Assembly (NCBI GenBank): GCA_964016885.1
Contig: OZ024743.1
Span: 275,652,001 to 275,716,000 of the forward strand
Origin: Eledone cirrhosa
Taxonomy: Eukaryota
Reading direction: 5' to 3'
DNA length: 64,000 nt
Positions within the stretch are counted from its first letter, which is position 1. Every line of letters starts with the position of its first letter. A program made the translations under genes and the position numbers. Shown here piece after piece: positions 10,263 to 22,561 of this stretch. Below the pieces are notes generated by a model. The model made no database searches and was not told the DNA's origin. It saw only the letters and a program-made list of their open reading frames with translations.

Positions 10263-11579
10263 GCGAAGAAACGCCGATCTACTTAAATCATAATCCACCG
10301 GCTTAAAAAGGAAAGAACACATTTGATAGTGTAATTCCAGAAGTGAAGAAGGGATAATCACGGCTGCAATGTCTTTGACCATAGATCTGTTTATTCAGAA
10401 CTCACCTTGGGTCACCTAATGTTTAATTATCATCACGAGGTCAGTGGACTCCAGGGCTTTTTTTCATGTCTGTTCCTTGTTTTATCGATCTCTTTTTATC
10501 GACCCTTGAAGGATGAAATGACAAGTTAACATTAGCCGGATTTGATTTCAGAATGTCAGTAAACACAAAGATACACACATTAAAGTGAACGTGTTGGTGA
10601 CATGCAAAAAGCCCCTGATCCACTCTGTAAGGTGATCGTACTGATAACGCGATGAAAAGGTACCCACTCAAACCTGTCAGTTGGTGCCTCGATAAAAAGC
10701 ACTCAGTCCACACTGTAAATGTGGTTAAGCATTAGAAAAGGCATGCAGCCGTAGAAACCAAGTCAAACACGGTTCTGTATGAACAAGACATGATCACCTA
10801 ATATGACTTGTTGCACAACAGGACAACTCATCTAACCCATGCTAGCGTGGAAAATAGACGTTAAACTGATGATGATGAGATACATTTATCATCATCACTG
10901 TTTATTTATATATGTAGAGGACACTAGTCTGCACCAATCTTCACTTACCCCTTTCCATTCACCCTCCCCAGTCTTGATACCTTGCCTTCACCAGCTAAAT
11001 ATCCCATGCACCTTGTTCATGTTGAACTTTCTTATTTAACCCCCCATCCAAAAAGAAATTACTCCTCACCCCTACCCATTGCCACAACAAAAAAGTTCAC
11101 CTTGTATGCTGATTTGATTACAACGAAAAAACACCTAGTTCACCCTGTTAGATACTCGTTTTGGTACCCCGATAAAAAAAAAAAAGCACTCAGTCCACAT
11201 TATAACATGGTAGGCATTAGGAAGGGCATGCTAACCCATGCTAGCGTGGAAGAACGGGCGTAAAACGATGATGATGATGATCCAGCTGTAGAAACCAAGC
11301 CAAAATTTAGATTCGTATGAGTAAGACTTGAGTCACCTGATCTGACTTGTCTCATAATGTGACAGTACATCTAATCCATGCAATCATGGAAAAAAAGAAG
11401 TTAAATGGTGATGATGATAATGTGTGTGTATATAAATATATTTATATATATCATTATTATCATCGTTTAATGTCTATCTTCCACGCTACCATGGGTTTGA
11501 TGGGAATTGTCCCACTTGAGGCAAGATTGATATGGTGACCGTGTCTTGCTCGTATATGTATATATATATATGGCCATGT

Positions 11580-13305
11580 AATTGTAATATACATGAACAT
11601 CAACGCATAAACAAACTGAGAGAGAAACTAGGCCATAAGAGGAATCAGATGCATGTGCAGGAGAGGAGATTGCGTGAGTACGGGCATGTGATGCATATTA
11701 AAGATGACAGCTGTATAAAAAGGTGCAGAACACAAAGTTGATGGAAGCTATGGAGTAGGAAGACCCAAGAAGACTTAGGATTAGGTTATAAAAGCTGACC
11801 TTGCACAATTGTCCCTCTGAAAGGGGATGACACAGGACTGGGATCTCTGGCATTATGCAGTAATTCAGAAGACCCGCCTTCCCATGAACACAAACTGAAG
11901 TATACATATAGTTTTCACCTCCACCACCCTCCCATACACCTCCCATGAGTACAGACTGAAGCATGCATCTGGTATCCACCTTCACCTTCATCTCCCCTTC
12001 CATACACCTCCCACTTCCTAACACTCAGCCTCTCACACACGCCCATATACCCACCTCCCTAATCTCCACACACCTTTCCCACCAAAGTCCCAAGCCCACA
12101 CTCTAAAGTGGTCGTGATGGCGACGCGACAAAATGTCTCCAACCCACACTGTAAGATGGTCATGTAGGTATCACAACAAAAATCACCCAACCCACACTGT
12201 AAAGTGATCGTGTAGGTGTCATGAAAAAAAGCACCCAACCCACACTGTAAATTGGTTATGTTGGTCTCACGACAAAAAGCATCCAGTACTCACTGTAAAT
12301 GTGGTTGGCATTAGGAAGGGCATCCAGCCGTAGAAACCAAGCCAAAATCAGTTCTCTATGAGCGTGGACAAGTGCACCACCACCATGCATTTTGGGAGTA
12401 AAAACCCAGCGTCCACATACTCCCTCCACAGCACTAATATCAAGAAGTCTTCTTGTGAACGTGACCTGGGCATTACGGTCAGCAGCGATTTGCGTTGGAC
12501 GAAGCACATCTCTAAAATTGTCAAGAGGGCCGAGGGTGTCTTAGCATCACTCAGCAAGACCTTTGTCAGCCGCTCTCCAGATATCTATTTAAAGCTATAC
12601 ATGACTATGGTGCGGCCACACTTAGAATTTGCATCACCAGTCTGGAACCCCTATCTTGCTCAGAACATTGACCGCCTGGAAACTGTTCAGAGACGTGCAA
12701 CCAAGTGAATACCCTCCATCAGGCATCTACCATACTCTGCGCGCCTTGCTTCCCTGGGCATGGATACATTGAAGCTCCGACGCCTGGCAACTGACTTGGT
12801 AAACACCCACAAAATTGTTAACCATCTTGCCAACAACAACCCTGAGTACCTTTTTGATTTCCATGTGTCTAACACACGTGGACATGCCCACAAAGTCAGA
12901 AAACAGCACAGTTCCCATGACTTTCGGAAACATTTTTCACGCTCAGAGTTGCTGAAGCATGGAACAAACTACCTGCATCAGTTGTTAGCTGTCGAGACAC
13001 TGCATCCTTTAAGGCCTCCGTGCTTCCCGAGATCCGCCAACACTACAGCTAATGTTCCCCCTCCATACACATACACACATGTATACCATGACTCACACTA
13101 TTCACTTCCTTGACATTTGTGTATTATTCTATGTACTATACATACACCTTTGACGAGTAGTAGTGCACCTGAGCACTTTACACAATAATTTCATTATTAT
13201 TATATAAAATATGGTCATCTTACCTTGACTTATCTCAAATAGGACAACCTATCTAACCTATGCTAGCATGGAAAATGTAGGTTAACAGTAATGATGATGA
13301 TAATG
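11580..13305 (+). mobile_element. Old RTE 3' fragment interrupted by a CR1 insertion
   Basis: ERRLREYGHVMHIKDDSCIKRC plus RTE 3'UTR up to ~12362; the UTR resumes at ~13204 and ends in TGCTAGCATGGAAAA...(GAT)n. Confidence 0.8.
12363..13203 (+). mobile_element. CR1-type LINE, 5'-truncated 3' fragment
   Basis: ERDLGI, MVRPHLEFASPVWNPY, LETVQRRATK, TRGH; closely matches 21590-22420; ends in (ATT)n. Confidence 0.92.
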
Positions 13306-13321
13306 TGTATATATACATACA

Positions 13322-13652
13322 AAGTGTACCCCTGGTTATTCACGGTCCCGGTTATTCATGGAATTTTCTTTAGAACCTAACTAATAATTGTGGAAACCAT
13401 TGCAATCCACGGAATCGTAAATATCTTCCGCAACTTTTTTAATGACTTTCTTTGTGGCAATATGTATTTTTTAACGCTAAATTATTAATAACAATATACC
13501 GTATTTGCCAGCCTATTGGACGCTTCCTCTTTTTTTATTATATTTTACATTATATTATAGGCATTTTTATGGACTCCGTCCAATATTCGTTGTTTTTCAC
13601 TCTTCACGGGTGCTCTTGAAACATAACCCCCGTGAATACCGGGGGATAACTG
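13322..13652. mobile_element. Tigger/pogo-like MITE
   Basis: Imperfect TIRs CCCCTGGTTATTCACGG / CCGTGAATACCGGGGGATAACTG in a TA-rich context. Confidence 0.55.
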
Positions 13653-13679
13653 TGTGTATATATATATTATTATTATTAT

Positions 13680-13849
13680 TAGTATCGGTAGAGGGTTGGA
13701 CGCCATGCTTTCTAGCATAGTTACGTCCCTTTACATTCTGAGTTCAAATCCTGCCGAGGTTAACTTTGCTTTCATCCTTACGGGGTCGATAAAATAAAGT
13801 ACCAGTAATGTACTGGGTAATTGCTGGCCTTGTGCCTAAAATAGAAACA
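13680..13849 (+). mobile_element. SINE family A
   Basis: Family A body and tail. Confidence 0.88.
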
Positions 13850-14345
13850 AGGTGTAGAGCAATGAAAATTGATGGAAGCTGCAGAGTGGGTAGACAAAGA
13901 AAAATCTGGGACGAGGTAATAGAGGCTGACCTTGCTCACCTACACCTCTCTAAGACAATGAGACTGGATCGGGACCTTTGGCGCCATGTAGTTGTATAGA
14001 AGACCCGACTGCCATTGCATACAAACCTACAGTCAGTAGGCACTTCTTAACTCAATGTACACCCCACTGCCACACCTCACCCCACCCTCCCTCTCCCGTT
14101 CCGTCCACTGTGTCGATGACACAACAGTCCACACTGTAAGGAGGTCGTGTAGGAGACACAGTGAAAAAGCTCCCAGTCCACACTGTAAATGTGGTTGGTG
14201 TTAGGAAAGTCATCCAGCTATAAAAAACCTGCTAGAGATGCTTCCATGCGAGTGAGACAGTCTCCCGACCATTCCTGCATCAAATGGAACAAAACTATCT
14301 AACCCATGCTAGCGTGGAAAATGGACGTTAAACGATGATGATGAT
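13850..14345 (+). mobile_element. RTE 3' fragment
   Basis: CRAMKIDGSCRVGRQRKIWDEVIEADL, RTE 3'UTR, CCATGCTAGCGTGG stem-loop, (GAT)n tail. Confidence 0.88.
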
Positions 14346-14361
14346 TATTATTATTATTATT

Positions 14362-14543
14362 GCGGTAGATTGGCAGTATCGGTAGTGTCAGACACCATGC
14401 TTTGCAGTGTAGAGTTATGGCCCCTTATGATCTGAGTTCAAATCCCACAAAGGTAAACTTTGCCTTTCATCCTTACGCGGTCAATAAAGCACCAGTAATA
14501 CACTGGAATAATTGCTGGCCTTGTGCCAAAAGTAGAAACAATT
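14362..14543 (+). mobile_element. SINE family A
   Basis: Family A head, body and tail between (TAT)n tracts. Confidence 0.85.
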
Positions 14544-15149
14544 ATTATTATTATTATTAACACAGATTAAAAGTTTAAGTAAACAATTTCTGCTTTTTCA
14601 AAATTAAGGAACTCCATGTTCCCAAAAACCTCCTTGGTATGCAGATTTCGAAAATCAAATTCGTTTTTCAGTGCGCCTGAACTTGAAACCACATGGTTGC
14701 AAATCAAATTCCTTAACCACACAGCCATACATTTGTTCTGCAAGTATTAGTTGAAGCCAGTCTGAGTTCAAGCTTGACTAAAGCTGACTTTGTCTTTTAT
14801 CCTTTTAGAGTCAATAAAATAAAATACCAGTGAAGTACTGGGTCAATTTAATCAACTTTCCCTTCCCCTCTGGTGGCTTTGTGCAAAACTTAGAAACCAT
14901 TAATATATAATAATCCTCCACCCCAGGGTAGTATGTTGGCAGAAATGCTGGAGAATCAGATAAAGTGTCTTGTGGCATTTGTTTCTGCTCTTTACATACT
15001 GAGTTCAAATCCTGCTGAGGTCAACTTGGTATTTCATCCTTCAAGAGTCGATAAAATAAAGTACCCGTCAAATACTAGGGTTGATATAATCAACTTTCCC
15101 CACCTCACAAATTGTTGACCTTATGCCTAAATTAGAAAGCATTATTATG

Positions 15150-15341
15150 AGGGCGGTGGATTGGCAGTATCGGTAGAAGGTCGGATGCCATGCTTTGATG
15201 CATAGAGTTACGGCCCTTTCCATTCTGAGTTCAAATCCCGCCGAGGTTAACTTTGCCTTTCATCCTTACGGGGTCGATAAAATAAAGTACCAGTAATGTA
15301 CTGGGTAATTGCTGGCCTTGTGCCAAAAGTAGAAACAATTA
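15150..15341 (+). mobile_element. SINE family A (full length)
   Basis: Same A/B boxes, body and tail as 4323-4511. Confidence 0.9.
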
Positions 15342-16003
15342 TTATTAGGGCAATGAGAGGAGAGAAATGGTGAAATGGTGGGACAAAAGCCTTTTAGTAG
15401 TCACCTTACTGTATGGACTGATTCAAGCCTAGAGCTAATTTCCCTCCTCCACTTCCCAAATTTATAAAAAATAAGTACCAGTAATAGACTAGATCAACTC
15501 AACTGACTATATCCATCCCTTCAAATATGTGATAGTATGCCAAATCAAAAATGCTCATAATTATCATCATCATCGCCATTTAACGTCTATTTTCCACACT
15601 TGCATGGATTAGATGGGCTGTCATCTACTGGGACTATACTAGTCAGATAGCAATGTCCTGTTCACACACTTCATTTTTGGCTTGGTTTCTATGGTTAGAT
15701 ATCCTTCTTAATGACAACCACTTTACAGCATGTACTCAGAGCATTTTACCATGACTCCGGCACTACCACCTTACAGGGAGGATTTGGTGCTTTTTGTTGT
15801 GGTACCAGCACTACCATCTTACACGGGGGAAGGTCTAAATGCTTTTTATCATGGCACCAGCACTACCACTTTACAGAGTGGGCTGGGCGCATTTTATCGT
15901 GGCACCAGCACTGCCTCAATGTAAGCTGAGGTGGAGAAATCAGGTGTATACTGGCAAATGGGGACATGACTATTGTTCCACCTCTCTGCTTCTTCAGGTT
16001 TAA

Positions 16004-16194
16004 CCCTTTAACATTTTAAACTGGCTGTATCCAGCCAGAATTCTCTCACTGCTTTCTGTTCAAACTGGCCACTCATACTGATGTTACGGTATTATTCTCA
16101 AAATGAATATCAAAATCTCATAGATTCAATATTATGTGAGATAAAGCCTTTACCACAAAAATACAATAGTATATATAATGTAAATGCTAAAAGG
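16004..16194. mobile_element. piggyBac-like MITE
   Basis: TTAA-CCCTTTAACATT...AATGCTAAAAGG-TTAA; homologous to 1731-1941. Confidence 0.75.
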
Positions 16195-16384
16195 TTAAGG
16201 TGAAGGAATTCAGGAGCATACTGGTAGGTTGGGGGAGGGGGAGTCATCCTACCACCAACCACTCATCCAGGAAATTGGAGCAATGCCATTTACAGAATGC
16301 CATGCTAGAAGCCTTTATGTATTTAGTTTCAAGCCCACCCTCCTCAAAGATCTGAATTCAAATCCTGCCAGATTTGTCTTTTGT

Positions 16385-16782
16385 ACAAGAGTTGGCTGAA
16401 AAGTTCATAGGCTGCCTATGAAAGAGTGATACTAGAACTGTGAAATCTTGTATACATTAATTTCAACTCTTCTTATTAATAATTGTTTCTACTTTTGGCA
16501 CAAGGCCAGCAATTACCCAGTGCATTACTGGTACTTTATTTTATCGACCCCATAAGGATGAAAGGCAAAGTTAACCTCAGTGGGATTTGAATTCAGATTG
16601 GAAAGGGCCGTAACTCTATGCGTCAAAGCATGGCGTCTGACCCTCTACCGATACTGCCAATCCACTTTTCTTATTAATAATGGCATTGTTTCTTTCCAGG
16701 GACTATGTTGAAAAATAAACCTCATTTGGTTATTCCATGAGTGTATCTTGGTCTCCCTATGAAAATTGCAGCTGACCCTCAT
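16385..16782. mobile_element. mariner-like MITE containing a nested SINE
   Basis: TA-CAAGAGTTGGCTGAAAAGTTCATAGG...CCTATGAAAATTGCAGCTGACCCTCA-TA imperfect TIRs. Confidence 0.65.
16479..16664 (-). mobile_element. SINE family A with target-site duplication
   Basis: Reverse complement of family A, flanked on both sides by TTCTTATTAATAAT. Confidence 0.9.
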
Positions 16783-17784
16783 ATATCTGAAATCAATAAA
16801 CCTAATACTAGTCATGTAACCACTTCTTTTAAATTTAATTAATCACATTTATTATTCATTAAGAATACTATGAAAAAAGTTAGAAAAAGCAAAGTAGAAA
16901 TGGAGGGGAAACAACTCTACACCCTTGACTGGATGGTATATTTTAGCTGTGCCACGTGTATAAGATTGCAAAAGCATTGCCATAGACAACAGCCAGCAAC
17001 ACTCACTGCATTAGCCATTCCACCTTATGGGGGCTCTTTCCTCAGGCATGATGTCTCCTCCCAAATTGGCAGAGGAAATCAGTAGCTTGGTGACCAAAGA
17101 CACGAGACATCTTGATGGGTAACCCACACAAACAAACAAAAATGCTGGAGATGCTTCCACCTCCACCTATAAATATGTAGCTATACTTCACTAAATAGCT
17201 GTCATTCAAATAGTCAGAGACCTGGATGCTCTATATTTTAAAGGCATGACAATCTCCCTAGTGTTGCTGCCATGGTAAAATTCAACCTAGTACACTCTGT
17301 AGAGTGTGGGAACATATCTAAGCAAGATGAGGCCCCCAGCCTGCCTGAGAAGTAAGTAGTTCTAAGTACTGACTTACAGTTACTTACCTGTTCAACCCTT
17401 GCTAGCAGGAAAAAACAGATGTTAAATGATGATGATGATGATCATAGTGATACCATTTTTGACTGAAAGAGTCATGAGCATTTCACCTCTCTCCCTCACT
17501 AAACAGTAAAAAAGAAAAAAAGTGTCAACCACCTTCCCAACTAAAAGAAACTACATAGTATTGTAAGCAATCAACAAACATCTTGCATCTGTTACTAAAT
17601 CCCTTCAAATTCTTTATTTTAAAAATTAACTGAAAACCATCGACAGTCTTTCATTAAAAATATGGTAACAGAAGAGTTAAAATTGGAGAACATCATTGTT
17701 TTAGGAGGTTGTGTGTTTTTGTGAAAATATGGCACACCCAGGTCTTTTGCTATTTGAATGACAGCTATTTTGTAAAGTATAGAT

Positions 17785-17822
17785 ATTATCATACATACCA
17801 TGAAATATTCACTTGAATGCGT

Positions 17823-17862
<40 letters not shown>

Positions 17863-17900
17863 ACTCACTCAAGTGAATATTTTGTGGTATGTATGATAAT
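17785..17900. repeat. Near-perfect palindrome centred on (TA)n
   Basis: ATTATCATACATACCATGAAATATTCACTTGAATGCGTAGG-(TA)n-CCTACTCACTCAAGTGAATATTTTGTGGTATGTATGATAAT. Confidence 0.9.
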
Positions 17901-18310
17901 AAACAACTGTACTTTACTATGGGTATAAGAAAGAATTTGATACTTCAGATAAATACGCACATCAGAAGCCAGAATCATCTCTCTGAAAGTTATGGTTATA
18001 TTTAGCTTCACTCTTAAATATGTTACATAAATTAATATGTTCTTCAATGTTATGTGGTTTTTCAAGGGTAATTTGGCAAAGCTTTTGGTTGGTTTGAACC
18101 ACATTTGAGGAAATAAAGTATTGTTTGTCTAAACAACAGACATTCATGTATTATTTTGTCAAAAGAAATAAAGTATCAGATTTGAGACTGATAACAATAA
18201 AACCTTTTTCTCTTCGAACTGTATGTCAGCATAAGAATCATCATCTAGATATTGTTGAAATAGATAGTGTATCTGTGTATTTCTTTATTACATATATTAT
18301 TTCTATTACG

Positions 18311-18429
18311 GTCTGAGTTCAAATCCCGCCGAGGTTCACTTTGCCTTTCATCCTTACGGGGTCGATAAAATAAAGTACCAGTAATGCACTGGGTAATTGA
18401 TGGCCTTGTGCCAAAAGTAGAAACAATTA
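18311..18429 (+). mobile_element. SINE family A, 5'-truncated
   Basis: B-box, body and tail. Confidence 0.85.
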
Positions 18430-19519
18430 TTTCTATTATTTCTGATGGATAAACAATAACAAGAAACATTTTAAAGCTATTTTCTCTACTAAAGCAAAGG
18501 TTAGATTTGTGGGATCTCCTTTGATAAGGTTCTTTATTTTGTCCTATCATCTGATTCCTCCTCACCACCACTACTGCCTTTCATTTCCTCCTCCAACATC
18601 TTCAGCCATGTTCTTTTTGGTCTCCCCTAACCCTTTCCTTCTGCATTCATTTCCATCTGTGTATCTGATTTAGAATATGGACAACATATTCCTGTGCATT
18701 GTAAAAAACAACTAAATGAGTTAGCATCAGGAAAGGAATATAAAACATTGCCTCAAAAAGAAACTTGTGATGAGTATTCTAATGGGTAGAATGACAATTT
18801 ATATTATTACTGATGAATAGAATGATAATGTATATTAATACTGACGGAGAGAATCATCATCATCATCATCATCATCATTATTTATTATCCATTTTTGCAT
18901 AGGTTAGACAGGCTGTCACAAATTGTGTCAAGACTTGTTAGGTGAATATGTCCTTCTTGTATGCTTTGTTTTGGGCTTGGTTTCTACAGCTGGATGATAT
19001 AGTTTGAGTTTAAATCCCTCAAATCTAAGATCAATAAAATATAGAGGTTTATATAATCTACTGCCCCTTCCCTACTAATCTGTGGTCTTGTGCCAATGTT
19101 AAAAATTACTATATTCATTTTTCAAAATCATTAAAAGTCATGAAAAAAGACCTTGCAGTATTTGTCCCAACTCTTTGTTTTGAGTTCAACTTTGCTTTTC
19201 ATCCTTTCAAAGTCAATAAAATAAAGTACCATTCAAGTACTTAGGTTTATATAATCAACTACCCCACCCCATTCTAACATGACCTTTTGCCTCTGCTAGA
19301 AATTATTACCATGATTTGAGAAATACATTTAAGAATTTCCTTTTTTCCAATATCCAAAGATACTGTTTATGATTTTTCAAATAATTAAAAATTTCGAGGG
19401 ATTTAATATCACTAACTTTCTCATTATTAAAATTCTTAACTCTAAAGATTCTTAACTTTTAACATCCTTTAATGATTTAGCAGAAAATATCTAAAAACAG
19501 GTTTGTAAAATGTTTATAG

Positions 19520-22421
19520 CATCCTTAAATGTTTATAGTATCCTTAAATGCTCGCAGTTTATTCAACAAGATACATCTGTTTGACTCCTACATCAGAAGC
19601 ATCGACCCTGACTTCATCACAGTCACGGAAACATGGGCACATTCCTTACTCTGTGATGGGGTTTTCAGCATTACTGGGTACAACCTTTTCCGCAAGGACC
19701 GCATTAATCGCCGTGGTGGTGGTGTGATGGTCTACATTCGTTCAAACTTTTTCTTGCGTTGATTTGAACGAATCACAGGAAGAAGTTTTTTTCTGTGACA
19801 TACGTATGACCATGTTAACACTTCTGCTTGGTGTTGTTTATCGCCCCCCAAACTACCATCAGGACACAGCTTTGCGATATCCTCAGAGTTGCTGCCAAGA
19901 AAACAGCCACTTATGTGTTTATTGCAGGTGACTTCAATCATCCTGAGATCGATTGGGAAACCTTTCGTTGGCCACAAGGTGCAAACGATTTCCTTGAACT
20001 AGTGCTGGACTCAAACTGGTCACAAGTAGTCACCTCTCCAACAAGAGGCGGCAACACTTTGGACCTGATCTTCACCACTACTCCTGAAGTGGTTATCAGT
20101 TGTACTACTGGGGAACCTCTAGGCGACTCTGATCATGCTATGATCATTGCCAATCTGGCACTTGCGGGCAGCAACAAAAACCAGAGCCATCTCCAATCTG
20201 CTTGCTTTGATTGGAAGAAAGCAGATTGGAACTTGTACTGCACTGAGCTACAGCGCCCAAACTGGCATGAGATGTATAACTCTGGAGATGTGAACACTAT
20301 ATTCTCCAGAACATCCTGGACTCAATATGGATAGCGTGTGCAGCATCGGTGCCACGTAAGCAGAAAAAAAACCACCCCAAAAGTGCAATTTGGGAAACTT
20401 CAGCAGTCCGACTTGCCAGGAAAGAACGTTGGAACGCTGAACGGGAATATAAACTGCATAAATCAGATGCCAACAGAAAAAAGTGGAATAAATCTTCTAA
20501 CCATCTCAAGCAAGTGACAAAGAAGGCAGTGCTTGAATTTGAACAGTGCATAGCAACCAATCCTGACAGTAAGGTGTTCTGGAAATATGTTCATTCAAAG
20601 CAGAGACCTCACTCTCCTGTTGGTCCTCTTCGCAATCCCCACACAAGCCAGATCACTGACGATCCCAAAGAATGCGCAGAACTCATTGCTGAGTGCTATG
20701 CAAGTAATTTTACTGTTGAAAACCAGAATGTACCATCTCCACCATCTCTAACATCAAATTCCATAACAACTATGGAATTTACACCTGCAATGTTGCGACA
20801 TCACCTTAAGAATAAGCGCAACTATGCCTCCCCTGGTCTTGATGGTATTACATACCTGCTTCTCAAACGCGGCACCAGCTTTCTTTCTTCTTTCAATACT
20901 GTCTCAACAATAGTGCTACTCTGGAGCAGTGGAAAACTGCCAGTGTCATTCCCCTGTTCAAAAAGGGCAACCGCATGTCACCTGTCAACTATCGTCCAAT
21001 CAGTCTTACTAGCTGTATGGCCAAACTGATGGAATCCTGTGTCAGAGAAACACTTTGGAACTTCTGGAGCTCTCACAGCCTCATCCGGCCCTCACAGTTT
21101 GGATTTATCCCTAACTCCAGCTGCTGTGATCAGCTTATCGAGTTCCTTGAAGACATCACCCGGATCACTGACAGCGGCTCATGGGTGAATGTTGTTTACC
21201 TTGACTTTGCTAAGGCTTTTAATTCTGTGCCACACAAAAGACTTATGGCAAAACTCTCTGCAATGGGTGTGAGGGATGATCTTTTCGACTGGTTGAAATC
21301 CTTCATTCTCAGCCGAAAAGAAGTAGTCACGGTTCTAGGACAGCATTCTTCACCATATGAGATGTCATCTGGTGAACCACAGGGATCTGTTCTTGGTCCC
21401 CTTTTGTTTGTGGCATATATTAATGACATAGATGCCAACTTACAGAATGCCACGGTACTGAAATATGCAGATGACATCAAGCTGTACCTTGAAATCAAAA
21501 GGACTGATTCTGAAATCTACAACTCTTTCCTACAATCAGACCTGGACACAATGCAGCAATGGATCACAGACTGGCAACTGAAGCTGGCTGTGGACAAGTG
21601 TACCACCATGCATTTTGGGAGGAAAAATCCAGCGTCCACATACTCCTTCCATATCAAGAAGTCCTCTTGTGAACGTGACCTGGGCATTACTGTCAGCAGC
21701 GATTTGCGTTGAACAAAGCATGTCTCTAATATTGTCAAGAAGGCCGAGGGTGTCTTGGCATCACTCAGCAAGACCTTTGTTAGCCGCTCTCCAGCCATCT
21801 ATTTAAAACTGTATACAGCTATGGTACGACCACACTTGGAATTCGCATCATCAGTCTGGAACCCCTATCTTGCTCAGAACATTGACCTCCTGGAAACTGT
21901 TCAGAGACGTGCAACCAAGCGCATACCCTCCATCAGACACCTACCATACTCTGAACGCCTTGCTTCCCTGGGCATGGATTCATTGAAGCTCCGACGTCTG
22001 GCAATGGACTTGGTAAATACCCACAAAGTTATTAACCATCTCGCCAATTGCAACCCTGAGTACCTTTTTGATCTCCATGTGTCTAACACACGTGGACATG
22101 CCTACAAAATCAGAAAACAGCACAGCTCCCATGACTTTCGTAGACATTTTTTCACGCTCAGAGTTGCTGAAGCATGGAACAAACTGCCTGCGTCAGTTGT
22201 TAGCTGCCGAGACACTGCATCCTTTAAGACACTCATGCTTCCCGAAATACACCAAAACTACACCTGATGTACCCCTTCCATACACATGCACACATGTGTG
22301 TATCATGACTCAGGCACTGTTCATTTTCCTGATGTTTGTACATTACCCTATGTACTATACATACACTTTTTGATGAGTTGTAGTGCACCTGAGCACTGTA
22401 CACAATATTTCATTATTATTA
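19520..22421 (+). mobile_element. CR1-type LINE ORF2 (APE endonuclease plus RT), disrupted
   Basis: LNARSL, TETW, DRINRRGGGV, AGDFN, TRGGNTLDL, SDH (EN); YRPISLTS, YLDFAKAF, PQGSVLGP, YADD (RT); several frameshifts and stops; (ATT)n tail. Confidence 0.95.
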
Positions 22422-22561
22422 CTAGTGGACAAATCATTGTAAAATTTTGTAGTATTAAAGTAATGTGATACAGTTCAAGAATATTTTGCTACTGTGGTTT
22501 CATGTAGAACAGGATGTTAAGAATTAAATAAAATTATGATGGAAGTTTTTGTTTAGGAATA

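Noticed and set aside
17962-18128. Possible terminal exon on the minus strand (…FQRDDSGF*)
   Set aside because: A plausible acceptor exists, but there is no recognisable homology and no partner exons.
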